This document shows, in pieces, positions 1-9,634 of a stretch of 64,000 nucleotides of DNA. The position numbers and the translations under genes are program-made. Each line of letters opens with the position of its first letter. The first letter of the stretch is position 1. Source of the DNA: a virus (taxonomy: Duplodnaviria > Caudoviricetes); the IMG/VR virus record IMGVR_UViG_3300017774_006743, positions 1 through 64,000 of that record; one strand, 5' to 3'. The notes beneath the pieces were generated by a model, which saw only the letters and a list, made by a program, of their open reading frames with translations, had not been told where the DNA came from and did not search any database.

Positions 1-30
1 AACCTAAACAATTCAGGATTATTTGAAGCT

Positions 31-282
31 ATGGCATACGTCCCACCACCTCCACCTCCTCCTCCACCAATGAGATCAATCACCCCCTCATTGAGTGCAA
101 TATATTTCCCCAACAGCATAGCACCACAACATAATTACAGCGGGTGGGATTGTAATTATTGTGGAAGATACAATGTTTCAATCGAAAAAAATTGCGAAGG
201 ATGTGGTTCAGCATATCATAGACCAAAAAAGATTGTTAGTATTAAACCAACCTTTCCACCCAATCAATTAGTAAATTTATAA
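31..282 (+). CDS. Small protein with poly-proline N-terminus and RanBP2-type zinc finger
   Basis: WDCNYCGRYNVSIEKNCEGC fits W-x-C-x2-C-x3-N-x6-C-x2-C exactly; PPPPPPPPP at N-terminus. Confidence 0.6.
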   Translation: MAYVPPPPPPPPPMRSITPSLSAIYFPNSIAPQHNYSGWDCNYCGRYNVSIEKNCEGCGSAYHRPKKIVSIKPTFPPNQLVNL

Positions 283-283
283 T

Positions 284-715
284 ATGGAAAACTTTGAACA
301 ATATTTGATGGATAAATATCCAACTCTTCATCCCAAAAATGAAGAAGGTAAGATATTACCACCTGTGTGTGGTACATGGTGTCCCGCAGGGTGGGAAGAT
401 ATCGTAGATAAATTATGTGGGTGTATTGTTGATTACACAACACTATGCTATACAACTACTCCAATATCCTCTCCAGGTTCTGGATATGAAAAGGTATTTG
501 CCCCTCCAGTCACTATAGATCAAATTAAAAGTAAGTTTGCTGAGCTTAGATTTTACTACTCGGGTGGTGATAAACAAGTTGATGGGATGGTTAGATTTGC
601 AGAGTACATGTGTAATAATACATGTGAAGTATCTGGTAAACCTGGAAGGAAGTATCAGAAAGGTCATTGGTGGGTAACGTTAAGTGATGAAGAGATAGAA
701 AAAATAAACAAGTAA
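284..715 (+). CDS. Conserved phage hypothetical protein
   Basis: 143 aa; GW..IVDKL, QIKSKFAELRFYY and TCEVSGKPG resemble a common small phage family (recalled, not searched). Confidence 0.6.
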   Translation: MENFEQYLMDKYPTLHPKNEEGKILPPVCGTWCPAGWEDIVDKLCGCIVDYTTLCYTTTPISSPGSGYEKVFAPPVTIDQIKSKFAELRFYYSGGDKQVDGMVRFAEYMCNNTCEVSGKPGRKYQKGHWWVTLSDEEIEKINK

Positions 716-960
716 TGAATCTATATCTACTTGATCTCGATACTTTACCATGTGATTTCTTTAATGATATCATGCAAACCCCACCATCTTCATCACGGTG
801 GTATAATGAGAAAAAAATTCACTTTGAAGCCATGCTCAAAAGCTATAACGTATCAAAGCTTGATAAAATACCCACCAAAACACAGAAGTGTTTATATTGT
901 GGTAATGAAAACGAATCTACCAGCAAACAATGTGTTTGCTGTGGTGCTCCGAACAAATAA
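715..960 (+). CDS. Small protein with C-terminal zinc ribbon
   Basis: CLYCGNENESTSKQCVCC = C-x2-C-x3-N-x6-C-x2-C; TAATG coupling to the upstream ORF. Confidence 0.6.
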   Translation: MNLYLLDLDTLPCDFFNDIMQTPPSSSRWYNEKKIHFEAMLKSYNVSKLDKIPTKTQKCLYCGNENESTSKQCVCCGAPNK

Positions 961-1066
961 AAATTATGATGATATTCAGAAAATTAAGTTCTCGGATGGT
1001 ATAACACGGGAGTGGCCACATGATGTTGTTGATCTTTACGATGCAGTATTCAAAAATGTTGATTAG

Positions 1067-1082
1067 GGAAAGTTACTATAAT
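1067..1082 (+). promoter_or_regulatory. GGAAA-N5-TATAAT promoter-like motif upstream of the HNH gene
   Basis: GGAAA gttac TATAAT; same spacing at five other gene starts. Confidence 0.5.
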
Positions 1083-1105
1083 TTGTGAAATAACAAATCA
1101 AAGTT

Positions 1106-1732
1106 ATGATCAAACATAAAAGTAAAATTCTAAAACTTAACGCAAACTACATGCCTATTGAAGTGGGGGAGTGGAAAGATGTGATGACCAACATCGTGTC
1201 TGGTGCTGCTTACCCAGTTGATGTGCAATATGCTCTTGACGAAAGTGAGGCGTACACAACGAGGATTGAATCATTCTATCCAATTAAAACATGGAAAGAG
1301 TGGGAAGAACTTCCTATCCGGGAATGTGATGAATATGTTGTTGGGGCCCGAAAAGCATACAGACTTCCAGTTGTTGTTATCTGTTCAAGATATGACCAAG
1401 TAAGGTGGGGACACTCTGTGTTTCCAACTAGCAGAAACATATACAAGAGAGATAATTACACCTGCCAATACACCGGTAAAAAGCTTCAAAAACATGAACT
1501 TTCTATGGATCACATCATCCCAGTTTCAAAGGGAGGACAAAACACTTGGACTAACTTAGTGTGTTGTGATAGAGAGCTTAACAGCTGGAAAGGTTCTCGT
1601 ACTCTTAAAGAATGTGGCTTAACTCTCCTTCAAAAACCTGTTCAACCAGTTAATGGTGTAAACAGAGTATTTGAGTTCATGAAAGATGAATGGAATATTT
1701 TTCTTGGTGGAGATTACGACAGTACGTATTAA
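1106..1732 (+). CDS. HNH endonuclease
   Basis: KRDNYTCQYTG..MDHIIPVSKGG..WTNLV..N..KG; N-terminal LKLNANYMP typical of this HNH family. Confidence 0.85.
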   Translation: MIKHKSKILKLNANYMPIEVGEWKDVMTNIVSGAAYPVDVQYALDESEAYTTRIESFYPIKTWKEWEELPIRECDEYVVGARKAYRLPVVVICSRYDQVRWGHSVFPTSRNIYKRDNYTCQYTGKKLQKHELSMDHIIPVSKGGQNTWTNLVCCDRELNSWKGSRTLKECGLTLLQKPVQPVNGVNRVFEFMKDEWNIFLGGDYDSTY

Positions 1733-1741
1733 AATAACGAT

Positions 1742-2494
1742 ATGAGAATTTGCGTATCGGGTCCCCAATGTACAGGTAAAACAACATTTATCCAGGATTT
1801 TTTGCAAGAATGGCCGAAGTATAAAACAACAAAAAAGACCTATAGGGAAGTGATCACAGATGAAAATCTTGATCACTCCTCTGTAACTACTGAAGAGACA
1901 CAAAGAAAGATTCTTGATTGGATGGTTTTGGAAGGTCGTAATCATAAACCCAAAAGCAAGATTATTTTTGACAGAGGCCCTCTCGATAACTTAGTTTACA
2001 CAATGTGGGCTGCTGGGAATAATCTCGTATCGGAGGAATTCTTCTTAAAGACTGTTGAACGTGTCAAAAACTCAATGAAGTACGTTGATCTGATCATTAT
2101 CATCCCTCTTGATAAAACAATTCAAATGAAGGATGATGCAATGCGCGATACAAATCTACAATATCAGCGTGATATTAACGATATCTTTATGTTCTTGTAT
2201 GACCAATATAAGAATAATTTTGAATCAAATATTTTCTTCCCCTACAATGACTCCCCTGGGGTTATAACTCTCTCAGGTTCTCGTGATCAGCGTATAAAAT
2301 TTCTCAAAGAGAATTACTTTGATGAAACCGGTGACATCTATGGTGATGAACACTCGATCATTAATCCAAACCACCACGAAATGATGGAGGAGTTAATTGC
2401 TGATCAGCAAGACACTCTTAAGATTGAAAAAGGTATCCAAAAAGCGGATAAAGAGTTTGAAGATAAGATCAAAAAGCTGAGAAGCGGACTTTAA
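1742..2494 (+). CDS. P-loop nucleotide kinase/ATPase (AAA_28, dNMP/thymidylate kinase-like)
   Basis: Walker A SGPQCTGKTT at N-terminus; IIFDRGPLDNLVY motif. Confidence 0.7.
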   Translation: MRICVSGPQCTGKTTFIQDFLQEWPKYKTTKKTYREVITDENLDHSSVTTEETQRKILDWMVLEGRNHKPKSKIIFDRGPLDNLVYTMWAAGNNLVSEEFFLKTVERVKNSMKYVDLIIIIPLDKTIQMKDDAMRDTNLQYQRDINDIFMFLYDQYKNNFESNIFFPYNDSPGVITLSGSRDQRIKFLKENYFDETGDIYGDEHSIINPNHHEMMEELIADQQDTLKIEKGIQKADKEFEDKIKKLRSGL

Positions 2495-3269
2495 ACGCTT
2501 GGTCGGAACTACCAGGCCCCTCAGTAGATACACTTACATAGTAAGAAGTTTCGGACCCAGGACCAACTGTTGATAATGTTGGTACACCAACATCAAACTT
2601 CCGGGTATCTGAAAATCCAAGAGCTATGTGTATATCAACGTAGGTGATCTTCAACCCCGGGGTAAAATAGATATTCCACACCCGGAGATATGGACTCACT
2701 GCAGTGTTGGTCCCATTGATTGGTATTGTTGTGCGATACCGGTCATATACAAACTTTGAAACATTATACAGCAGTGGGTTACCCGTACCGGGTAGTGGTG
2801 AGAACGTTACTGGGTTGGTACTACTAGTTGCTGCTAGCTGAATATAACCAAAAGCTTTAATGCCCCCAGATAACGATTGAGCAGTCAGTGTTGTTATGCT
2901 CCCACTAAGCGACGCAATATTAGAGCTAAGTATAGAGACTTGTGTATTAGTCGCTGTAATACTTGCTGTATTCGAATTGATTTGTGCTGATAGAGAATTA
3001 AAAGCAGTGCCTCCAAGAACACCAACAGTTACTTCAAGGGCATCAAGATCATCAGAGACCGTATTAAGCTCAGTACTAATTGCAAGATCATTAGCTGTAA
3101 GAACGTTGAAAAAGGTTGTTTGATAAGTATCAATGATAATATCGTCAAAGTCGATGATATTTGTTCCATCTTCTGTTTCAACAATAAGAAGGTCACCACC
3201 TTGTATACCACCAACTTGCGGAAGTTCCTTGATATTTACAAATACATTATCGTTACTGATCGTAGCCAT
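2469..3269 (-). CDS. Virion structural protein, fibre-like
   Basis: S/T-rich with coiled-coil middle; late-type TAAATA 6 nt upstream of ATG. Confidence 0.5.
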   Translation of the reverse strand: MATISNDNVFVNIKELPQVGGIQGGDLLIVETEDGTNIIDFDDIIIDTYQTTFFNVLTANDLAISTELNTVSDDLDALEVTVGVLGGTAFNSLSAQINSNTASITATNTQVSILSSNIASLSGSITTLTAQSLSGGIKAFGYIQLAATSSTNPVTFSPLPGTGNPLLYNVSKFVYDRYRTTIPINGTNTAVSPYLRVWNIYFTPGLKITYVDIHIALGFSDTRKFDVGVPTLSTVGPGSETSYYVSVSTEGPGSSDQAFKVRFSAF

Positions 3270-3275
3270 TCAATT

Positions 3276-3281
3276 TATTTA
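3276..3281 (-). promoter_or_regulatory. Late (gp55-type) promoter TAAATA
   Basis: CATAAATA-N6-ATG. Confidence 0.55.
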
Positions 3282-3827
3282 TGATGAGGTGGTTAATATG
3301 AGATAGTTGATGTTCTTGAAATGGTTTTCATATAGGTATTTTAAACCATATTGTTGGAAAAATTTCAGCTGTGAACGTTTGTCATTTTTTGTTGCTATTC
3401 TCGTCATTGTGTTTAATGCAGAAATAGCTTCTCCAGAACAAGTTTGGTAATCTTCATAAAGCTTCTTTGCCCCACCATTATACTTTATTATTTGGAGACC
3501 AATAGTCTTTTGACATACCTGGAGAAATTCTTCAATAAATGTTTTAATTTGAGAAGCATTACTTCCAAAAAGAGCGTTGAGCTTTGTAAACGATAACCGA
3601 TGTGGTGAGTAAACAAAATAAGTATCAGAAACTCTGTGATTAACAGCATTTTTACATAAGCCCTGAATGAGGTGGTGATATACTATCTTCTTTGAATCCC
3701 GATGATCTATCGGTGTTGACAAAATATTATATTTCAATATATCATCTTGTATGTCAACTGCGATCTCGTTTATTCTATCAATAAGATCAATAAGAAGAGC
3801 GAATTGTATGGGGATGAAATACTCCAT
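3279..3827 (-). CDS. Hypothetical protein
   Basis: Long ORF; ATG at 3827 directly after the stop of the GIY-YIG gene (track start 3857 overlaps that gene). Confidence 0.55.
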   Translation of the reverse strand: MEYFIPIQFALLIDLIDRINEIAVDIQDDILKYNILSTPIDHRDSKKIVYHHLIQGLCKNAVNHRVSDTYFVYSPHRLSFTKLNALFGSNASQIKTFIEEFLQVCQKTIGLQIIKYNGGAKKLYEDYQTCSGEAISALNTMTRIATKNDKRSQLKFFQQYGLKYLYENHFKNINYLILTTSS

Positions 3828-3829
3828 AA

Positions 3830-4255
3830 TTAAAATTTTACTTTGCCTAATCGACAATTTATAATTCCATTGTAGTATTCTTCCTTAAGAAGAACATCTT
3901 TTAGTAGTTGCAGTTTAATTTCCTCGTATGTGAGGTGTGATTTACTATTACAAAACATAAGAATATCAAAGGAGAAGTTATCTTTTCCGAATTCTTTGAT
4001 ATCATTATTCAGTTCGTTCGAAGACCCCGTGTATGTTTTCCAGTCTGTTTCCTTCTCAACACGTCGATTTTTCTTCTTTCCCTTAAGGGGCTTGAGCTTT
4101 CGAACAGAACGCATCTGTTTTTTCCCAATATACTTGCGCCCTGACTTGGTGTTTGTTATTTCGTAGACAAAACCAAATGCATTTTCCACAAAGTCTGTCT
4201 TAAGGCTCCAGTGGCCCAGGTTTTGCTGCTCTTGATTTTCGTTTTTTCCGTCCAC
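3830..4255 (-). CDS. Short free-standing GIY-YIG nuclease
   Basis: FGFVYEITNTKSGRKYIGKK..YTGSS; GTG start 6 nt after TAAATA (4262-4267). Confidence 0.8.
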   Translation of the reverse strand: MDGKNENQEQQNLGHWSLKTDFVENAFGFVYEITNTKSGRKYIGKKQMRSVRKLKPLKGKKKNRRVEKETDWKTYTGSSNELNNDIKEFGKDNFSFDILMFCNSKSHLTYEEIKLQLLKDVLLKEEYYNGIINCRLGKVKF

Positions 4256-4451
4256 GTTTATTATTTAATCCTGGTCTGCGCTGAAGTCCAAGGCTCTTTG
4301 GCACGCGTTGATCACCAGTTGCATATGTATCCCCAGAATATATTGAATTCGGTGGGTTAAACCCTGGAGAATAATCGCCCAAAACGCCCCCGTCACCAGA
4401 TATCATAGTTTCTCTAAATAATCTGTTATAAAGCTCTTGAAATTTCTCCAT
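4200..4451 (-). CDS. Small late protein, possible internal head protein
   Basis: 83 aa; perfect TATAAATA upstream; basic C-terminus. Confidence 0.5.
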   Translation of the reverse strand: MEKFQELYNRLFRETMISGDGGVLGDYSPGFNPPNSIYSGDTYATGDQRVPKSLGLQRRPGLNNKRGRKKRKSRAAKPGPLEP

Positions 4452-4464
4452 ATGTCTATATAGT
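4437..4464 (+). promoter_or_regulatory. Sigma70-like promoter upstream of uvsY
   Basis: TTGAAA-N16-TATAGT, 11 nt before ATG. Confidence 0.4.
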
Positions 4465-4471
4465 ATTTATA
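4464..4471 (-). promoter_or_regulatory. T4 consensus late promoter TATAAATA
   Basis: Exact T4 late -10 consensus, 12 nt upstream of the ATG at 4451. Confidence 0.6.
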
Positions 4472-4475
4472 TCAG

Positions 4476-4871
4476 ATGGAACTACTACAGCAATATAACG
4501 AAGAACTCACAAAGGATCTTATTATTAATGATCTAAACGTAAAAGAAGTTCAAATGCGACTTCCAGCTAGAAAACATTTTTGGGTTGGACGATTGATTAA
4601 TACCAAAATAGAACTTGCAAATCTTGAGAAAAAAGAAAAACGAACAAGAGATGAGGTGTTTAAGAGAATTAATGATGGTGCCCCAGTTACTCTATCACAT
4701 ACCCAAGCTGTAACTGCAGTTAATAACTCTCCAGAGATGGTTAAAATCAGTGAACACATAAGAGAATACAAATATATTATTGAGTACCTTGAAAAGGTTG
4801 AAAAAATATTTTCTCAAATGACATTTGATATTGGTAACATTATAAAAATCATTCAGCTTGAACAAAGCTAA
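4476..4871 (+). CDS. uvsY: Recombination mediator UvsY
   Basis: 131-aa helical protein directly upstream of uvsW; YLEKVEKIFSQMTFDIGNIIK C-terminus. Confidence 0.75.
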   Translation: MELLQQYNEELTKDLIINDLNVKEVQMRLPARKHFWVGRLINTKIELANLEKKEKRTRDEVFKRINDGAPVTLSHTQAVTAVNNSPEMVKISEHIREYKYIIEYLEKVEKIFSQMTFDIGNIIKIIQLEQS

Positions 4872-6301
4872 TGGTTACAATTGATTATAATTCCAATACC
4901 CGCATGGGAAGAATTATCGGTGATAATATTATCATCGAAGCTATTCGAAATAATTTCTCTCAAGAACGAGCAGGAATTACCTTTATGAAAAAGGTAAACA
5001 AACATATACCCACGAGAGATTACATGGTCACCCCCGGGGGCCAATTTAAAATTGGGATGTATGAGCTGATAATATCATTTATCCGCCATGAACTAAGTAC
5101 TGAAGTTACATTTTCTCCAAAGTTTAAAGATTATATTGGGACAAAATACAGCCACCCAATAATTCAATACTCAAATTACCCTCTTCGAGATTATCAGTTT
5201 GATATTGTTAAGAGGTGTCTTGATACAAATAATGGTGTGGTTGTTCTTGGGACCGGTGGTGGGAAGACACTAACAATGTGTACTCTTCTTGAGACAATTT
5301 TTAAAAATTCAAAAGAACCTCAATCATTTAAGTGTTTACTTGTTGTTCCAGATTTAGGGTTAGTAACACAAACATATAATGACTTTAAAGAATATGGATG
5401 TACATTCTCAATACAAAAATGGACCGGTGCGGAAGAACTGACAATGGAATCAAATGTTGTTATATGTAATATGCAAATATTGATACGACAATTTAAAAAC
5501 GAACAATGGTTAAAATTTGTTGATCTTCTTCTTGTCGATGAGGTCCACCGTTCAACAGCTCCAGGATTTAAAGACATAATTACAAAGATAAAGACACCAA
5601 ACCGCTTTGGATTTACTGGAACTCTCCCAATTGATAATATAAACCACTGGAGTGTACTTGGGGTAATAGGTCCCCTTATCTACGAAAAAAGATCGAAAGA
5701 ACTTCGCGATGAAAAATACCTCGCAAATGTTGAATGTAAGATAATCCGCGTTGATTATCTTAATGTTCGAGACCTAATAGCGAATGAATCATATGTAAAT
5801 GAGCTCGAATTTATTCAATCAAATAACTTCAGAAATAATGTTATAAGCAAGATATGTACAAACATAACTAATAATATTCTTCTAATGGTGAATAGAATTG
5901 AACATGGATTAGCTATTGAATCAGTGCTCCAGGGGTGTGGAAAGCAAGTATTCTTTATTCGAGGATCAGTGGATGTTGAAGCTCGAGAAGAGATAAAGAA
6001 GATTATTGAGACACACAATAATGTTGTTTGTGTTGCTATAAGTAAGATCTTTTCAACAGGTGTTAATATTAAAAATCTACATCATATTATGTTTTGTGCT
6101 GGTGGAAAAGCATTTATTCAGATTGTCCAATCAATTGGCCGTGGCCTAAGATTACACCCCTCAAAGAGTAAATTAACAATTTTTGATATTGCTGATACAC
6201 TTAAACATGGTACAAAACACTATGAAGAAAGAAAGAAAATTTACGAGTTGGAGCAAATAAAATTTACTGAAACAAATATCATTGAAAAACTAGAAAAATA
6301 A
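4871..6301 (+). CDS. uvsW: SF2 DNA helicase UvsW
   Basis: LRDYQ, GTGGGKT, VDEVH, GFTGT, QSIGRGLR motifs. Confidence 0.92.
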   Translation: MVTIDYNSNTRMGRIIGDNIIIEAIRNNFSQERAGITFMKKVNKHIPTRDYMVTPGGQFKIGMYELIISFIRHELSTEVTFSPKFKDYIGTKYSHPIIQYSNYPLRDYQFDIVKRCLDTNNGVVVLGTGGGKTLTMCTLLETIFKNSKEPQSFKCLLVVPDLGLVTQTYNDFKEYGCTFSIQKWTGAEELTMESNVVICNMQILIRQFKNEQWLKFVDLLLVDEVHRSTAPGFKDIITKIKTPNRFGFTGTLPIDNINHWSVLGVIGPLIYEKRSKELRDEKYLANVECKIIRVDYLNVRDLIANESYVNELEFIQSNNFRNNVISKICTNITNNILLMVNRIEHGLAIESVLQGCGKQVFFIRGSVDVEAREEIKKIIETHNNVVCVAISKIFSTGVNIKNLHHIMFCAGGKAFIQIVQSIGRGLRLHPSKSKLTIFDIADTLKHGTKHYEERKKIYELEQIKFTETNIIEKLEK

Positions 6302-6307
6302 CATATA

Positions 6308-6781
6308 ATGAAATCAAAGCCAAGAAAGAAGCGGTCAAAAGAAGAAGAAAAGTTCTATATCTCACCAGCGGAATTTAGAGAAGAATTGAGAAAATTCTAT
6401 GATTCCGGAAGTAAAATTGTACCGGATATTTTAGCAGAGAACGTAAAGAAAATTGCATATGGCTTGAGCTTTACACATCAATTCCGCGGATATACTTACA
6501 TTGAAGATATGGTTGGTGATGCAATTCTCAAAATGTTTGCAGCAGTTAAATTTAAGAAATATTCGTTTAATACAGTATCAAATCCCTTTTCATATTTTAC
6601 AACAATTGCATGGCATGCATTTATTAATAGAATCAAGAAAGAGAAAAAGTGCCAAGAAACACATGAAGCATATAAAGAGAAAATGTATAATGAATTACTT
6701 GTTGACGAACCAGGGTGTGTTGGACACATATACGTCCGGCCAACACATTGTGATGATGATTTTATAGATGATGGAGATTAA
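6308..6781 (+). CDS. gp55: Late transcription sigma factor gp55
   Basis: KIAYGLS..FRGYTYIEDMVGDAI..NPFSYFTTIAWHAFINRIKKEKK; precedes gp47/gp46 as in T4. Confidence 0.88.
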   Translation: MKSKPRKKRSKEEEKFYISPAEFREELRKFYDSGSKIVPDILAENVKKIAYGLSFTHQFRGYTYIEDMVGDAILKMFAAVKFKKYSFNTVSNPFSYFTTIAWHAFINRIKKEKKCQETHEAYKEKMYNELLVDEPGCVGHIYVRPTHCDDDFIDDGD

Positions 6782-7817
6782 TGAAAAAGAAGTTGCAATA
6801 TTTTCAGACTTACATCTCGGTGTCCATGGAAATTCAACAAAGTGGCATGAAATTGCCATGGAGTGGGCGGCCTGGATAAAGGGAGAGCTCCATGAGAAGG
6901 GTATAAAAACTATATTCTTCCTTGGTGATTGGTTTGATAATAGAAGCGAAATATCTGTAAACACAATTGATATTGCCAGCCGGGTCTTGGATATTTTCCA
7001 AGACTTTAATTTGATCATGATAACAGGAAATCATGATCAATTTTATCGCTATAGAACAGATGTTCATTCACTTTCTATATTGAAGGGAAAGAAAAACATA
7101 ACTGTTTTTGATACCCCTTCTTATATTCAAGCTGGGTCCCGGAAATTCGTTTTTATCCCTTGGGGATATAATATCGCTGATATTGAACCCGGGGATTGTT
7201 GCTTTGGTCACCTTGAAGTTGAGTTGTTCAATATGAATAATTCAACTGTTTGTGAGCATGGAATTAAAATCCCAGATCTACTTAATAAGTATCAGTTATC
7301 ATTCAGTGGTCATTTTCATACCCGGTCTGAAAAAACATTTAAAGAGGGAAAAATCATATATGTTGGTAACCCATTCTCAACAACCTTTAACGATGTTAAT
7401 AATCAAAAAGGTTATTACACCCTCAATACTGAGACTCTTGATTATTCCTTCTTTGGAAATAGTATATCACCAAAGTACTACAAGCTGACTCTTTCAGACA
7501 TAATCAAAGAAGAAGGTATAACACAAAATCTTAAAAACATATTCAACTACAATTTCTTGAATATTAAGATTGATAGAAATGTATCAGCAGATGATATTCA
7601 TGTCTTACAAACGGTCTTCGCTCAACTTAAAGCTGAGCAAATTGTGTATGATTATGATCTATCATACAATAAAATACAAAACGATACCACAAATGTAGAT
7701 TTTAGTGGTGTTGACATTCCTGCAGCATTCGAACAATTCATCCAAATGCTTGATATTGAAGACAAAAAAGGAATGACTGAGTTTATGGTAGATATGTATA
7801 AGAAACATAAAAAATGA
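6768..7817 (+). CDS. gp47: Recombination endonuclease subunit gp47 (Mre11/SbcD-like)
   Basis: SDLHLG, GDWFD, GNHD, GHLE, SGHFH metallophosphoesterase motifs. Confidence 0.92.
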   Translation: MMEINEKEVAIFSDLHLGVHGNSTKWHEIAMEWAAWIKGELHEKGIKTIFFLGDWFDNRSEISVNTIDIASRVLDIFQDFNLIMITGNHDQFYRYRTDVHSLSILKGKKNITVFDTPSYIQAGSRKFVFIPWGYNIADIEPGDCCFGHLEVELFNMNNSTVCEHGIKIPDLLNKYQLSFSGHFHTRSEKTFKEGKIIYVGNPFSTTFNDVNNQKGYYTLNTETLDYSFFGNSISPKYYKLTLSDIIKEEGITQNLKNIFNYNFLNIKIDRNVSADDIHVLQTVFAQLKAEQIVYDYDLSYNKIQNDTTNVDFSGVDIPAAFEQFIQMLDIEDKKGMTEFMVDMYKKHKK

Positions 7818-9628
7818 AACAGGTAATTTTTAAGAAACTAAAACTAAAGAATTTTCTTTCAATTGGTGATGAACCTGTTGAAATTGATTTCGGTCCGGGA
7901 TTACACATTATTACAGGGCAAAACCTCGACAAACCCGATCGTAAAAATGCTATTGGAAAAACCACACTTGTTAATGGATTTTACTGGTGTATATTTGGTA
8001 ATACAATTGAAAATCTCAAAAAGGATCTAATTATCAATAATGTCGTTGGTGGGACTGCAGAGGGGGTATTAACATTTGATGTTATAACATCTGCAGAAAC
8101 AAAATCGTATGTAGTTACAAGACAACTTAACCCATCCCTCCTAACATTAACAGCTGGGGGCGTTGATAAGACGAGGGATTCTATTTCAAATACAAATGAA
8201 TTGATATGTGAAATATTATCAGCTTCACCACCATTATTCCAGAACTGTGTTGTGATGACAATTAACAACACAATCCCTTTCATGGCAAAAAGTAAAACAG
8301 ATAAACGGAAGTTTATTGAAGATATCTTTAGTCTTGAAGTATTTTCCCATATGGTACAATCGGTCCGAAGTGAGTACAGTGAATTTAACAAACAGTATGA
8401 GATTGAGAGATCAAAACACACAGAGGTAAATTTATCACTCCTTAAAATCACCCAACAAAGAGATAATGCGATTGAGCAGAAAAAGCAAAAGCATGACCTC
8501 TATGTGAAAAGACAAAAAGAAAATAATGACCTTTTAAAGACATACAATAAGGAACTCAAGGGGTTAGTTGAATGTGATGTTAATATTCTAGAAGATAAGA
8601 AAAAGGCCCTTGAGTCCGGGGAGAAGACATTAATATTGCAAGTAAATCAACTTATTGATGAAATTGCAACATTAAAATCAAACAAAGCTCATGAACTTTC
8701 AGTATTTAACAATATTGGAACTGACAAAGACCTATGCTCAAAGTGTCTCCGTCCAATTGAGCTCCATGATATTGACCATATTGAAAAAGAGAAGATCAAA
8801 ATTAATAAGAATATAGAGTCTATCAACAAAGATATCACAAAGCTTGAAGCTAAGAAAACGAGCATTCAGGAAAAACGCGGGAAGATCAACGATGCTATTC
8901 AGGCTGTTGGTAAGAAGATTACCCAACACTATGTTGACAATCAGAAGTGTCAAAATTTAACAGACAAAATTAAGCAGATAAATGAGTGGCAAGAAACACT
9001 CGTTGTTGATATTGAAGAGTGTAAAGTACACAAGACTGATTTTGATAGTACGATTGATGAAACATCAACCCGCCTAAAAGAGTTTGAAGACAAATGTATT
9101 AAGATTAAGAACGATCTCAACAAGCTTGATGTTGCAAAGTTTATTTTAAGTGACGAAGGTGTTAAATCATACATTGTAAAGATACTTCTTGATCAGCTCA
9201 ACTCTAGATTGCTTTATTACCTCAACAAGCTTGACTCAAATTGCATATGTTACTTTGATGAGTTTTTCGAAGAAGAGATTCTTAATGAGCGTAAGCGCAT
9301 CTGTTCATATTTTAACTTCTCTGGTGCAGAGAAAAAGTCTATTGATATTGCTTGTATGTTTGCATTCTCTGATATTAAAAGAATGCAGGGTGGTGTCAAA
9401 TATAATGTCACATTCTATGATGAATTGTTTGATACATCCTTTGATGAAAAAGGAATTGAACTTGTTGTTGATGTTTTGAAAGAACGGATTGAGAAATATA
9501 ACGAAGGGTGTTATATTGTGTCTCACCGGAAAGAATCTGTCAAAAATACAACCGGGGAAATTATATTTCTAGAAAAAGAGGGGGATATTACGAGAAGAGT
9601 TGAAATACCCGAAGGCATCTATAATTAG
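7814..9628 (+). CDS. gp46: Recombination ATPase gp46 (Rad50/SbcC-like)
   Basis: N-terminal GKTT, coiled coils, CSKC hook, FSGAEK signature, FYDE Walker B, SH loop. Confidence 0.92.
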   Translation: MKQVIFKKLKLKNFLSIGDEPVEIDFGPGLHIITGQNLDKPDRKNAIGKTTLVNGFYWCIFGNTIENLKKDLIINNVVGGTAEGVLTFDVITSAETKSYVVTRQLNPSLLTLTAGGVDKTRDSISNTNELICEILSASPPLFQNCVVMTINNTIPFMAKSKTDKRKFIEDIFSLEVFSHMVQSVRSEYSEFNKQYEIERSKHTEVNLSLLKITQQRDNAIEQKKQKHDLYVKRQKENNDLLKTYNKELKGLVECDVNILEDKKKALESGEKTLILQVNQLIDEIATLKSNKAHELSVFNNIGTDKDLCSKCLRPIELHDIDHIEKEKIKINKNIESINKDITKLEAKKTSIQEKRGKINDAIQAVGKKITQHYVDNQKCQNLTDKIKQINEWQETLVVDIEECKVHKTDFDSTIDETSTRLKEFEDKCIKIKNDLNKLDVAKFILSDEGVKSYIVKILLDQLNSRLLYYLNKLDSNCICYFDEFFEEEILNERKRICSYFNFSGAEKKSIDIACMFAFSDIKRMQGGVKYNVTFYDELFDTSFDEKGIELVVDVLKERIEKYNEGCYIVSHRKESVKNTTGEIIFLEKEGDITRRVEIPEGIYN

Positions 9629-9634
9629 TTATAG

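Noticed and set aside
3830-4255. GIY-YIG gene as an active mobile homing element
   Set aside because: Catalytic domain only, no DNA-binding extension and no intron context; kept as a plain CDS.
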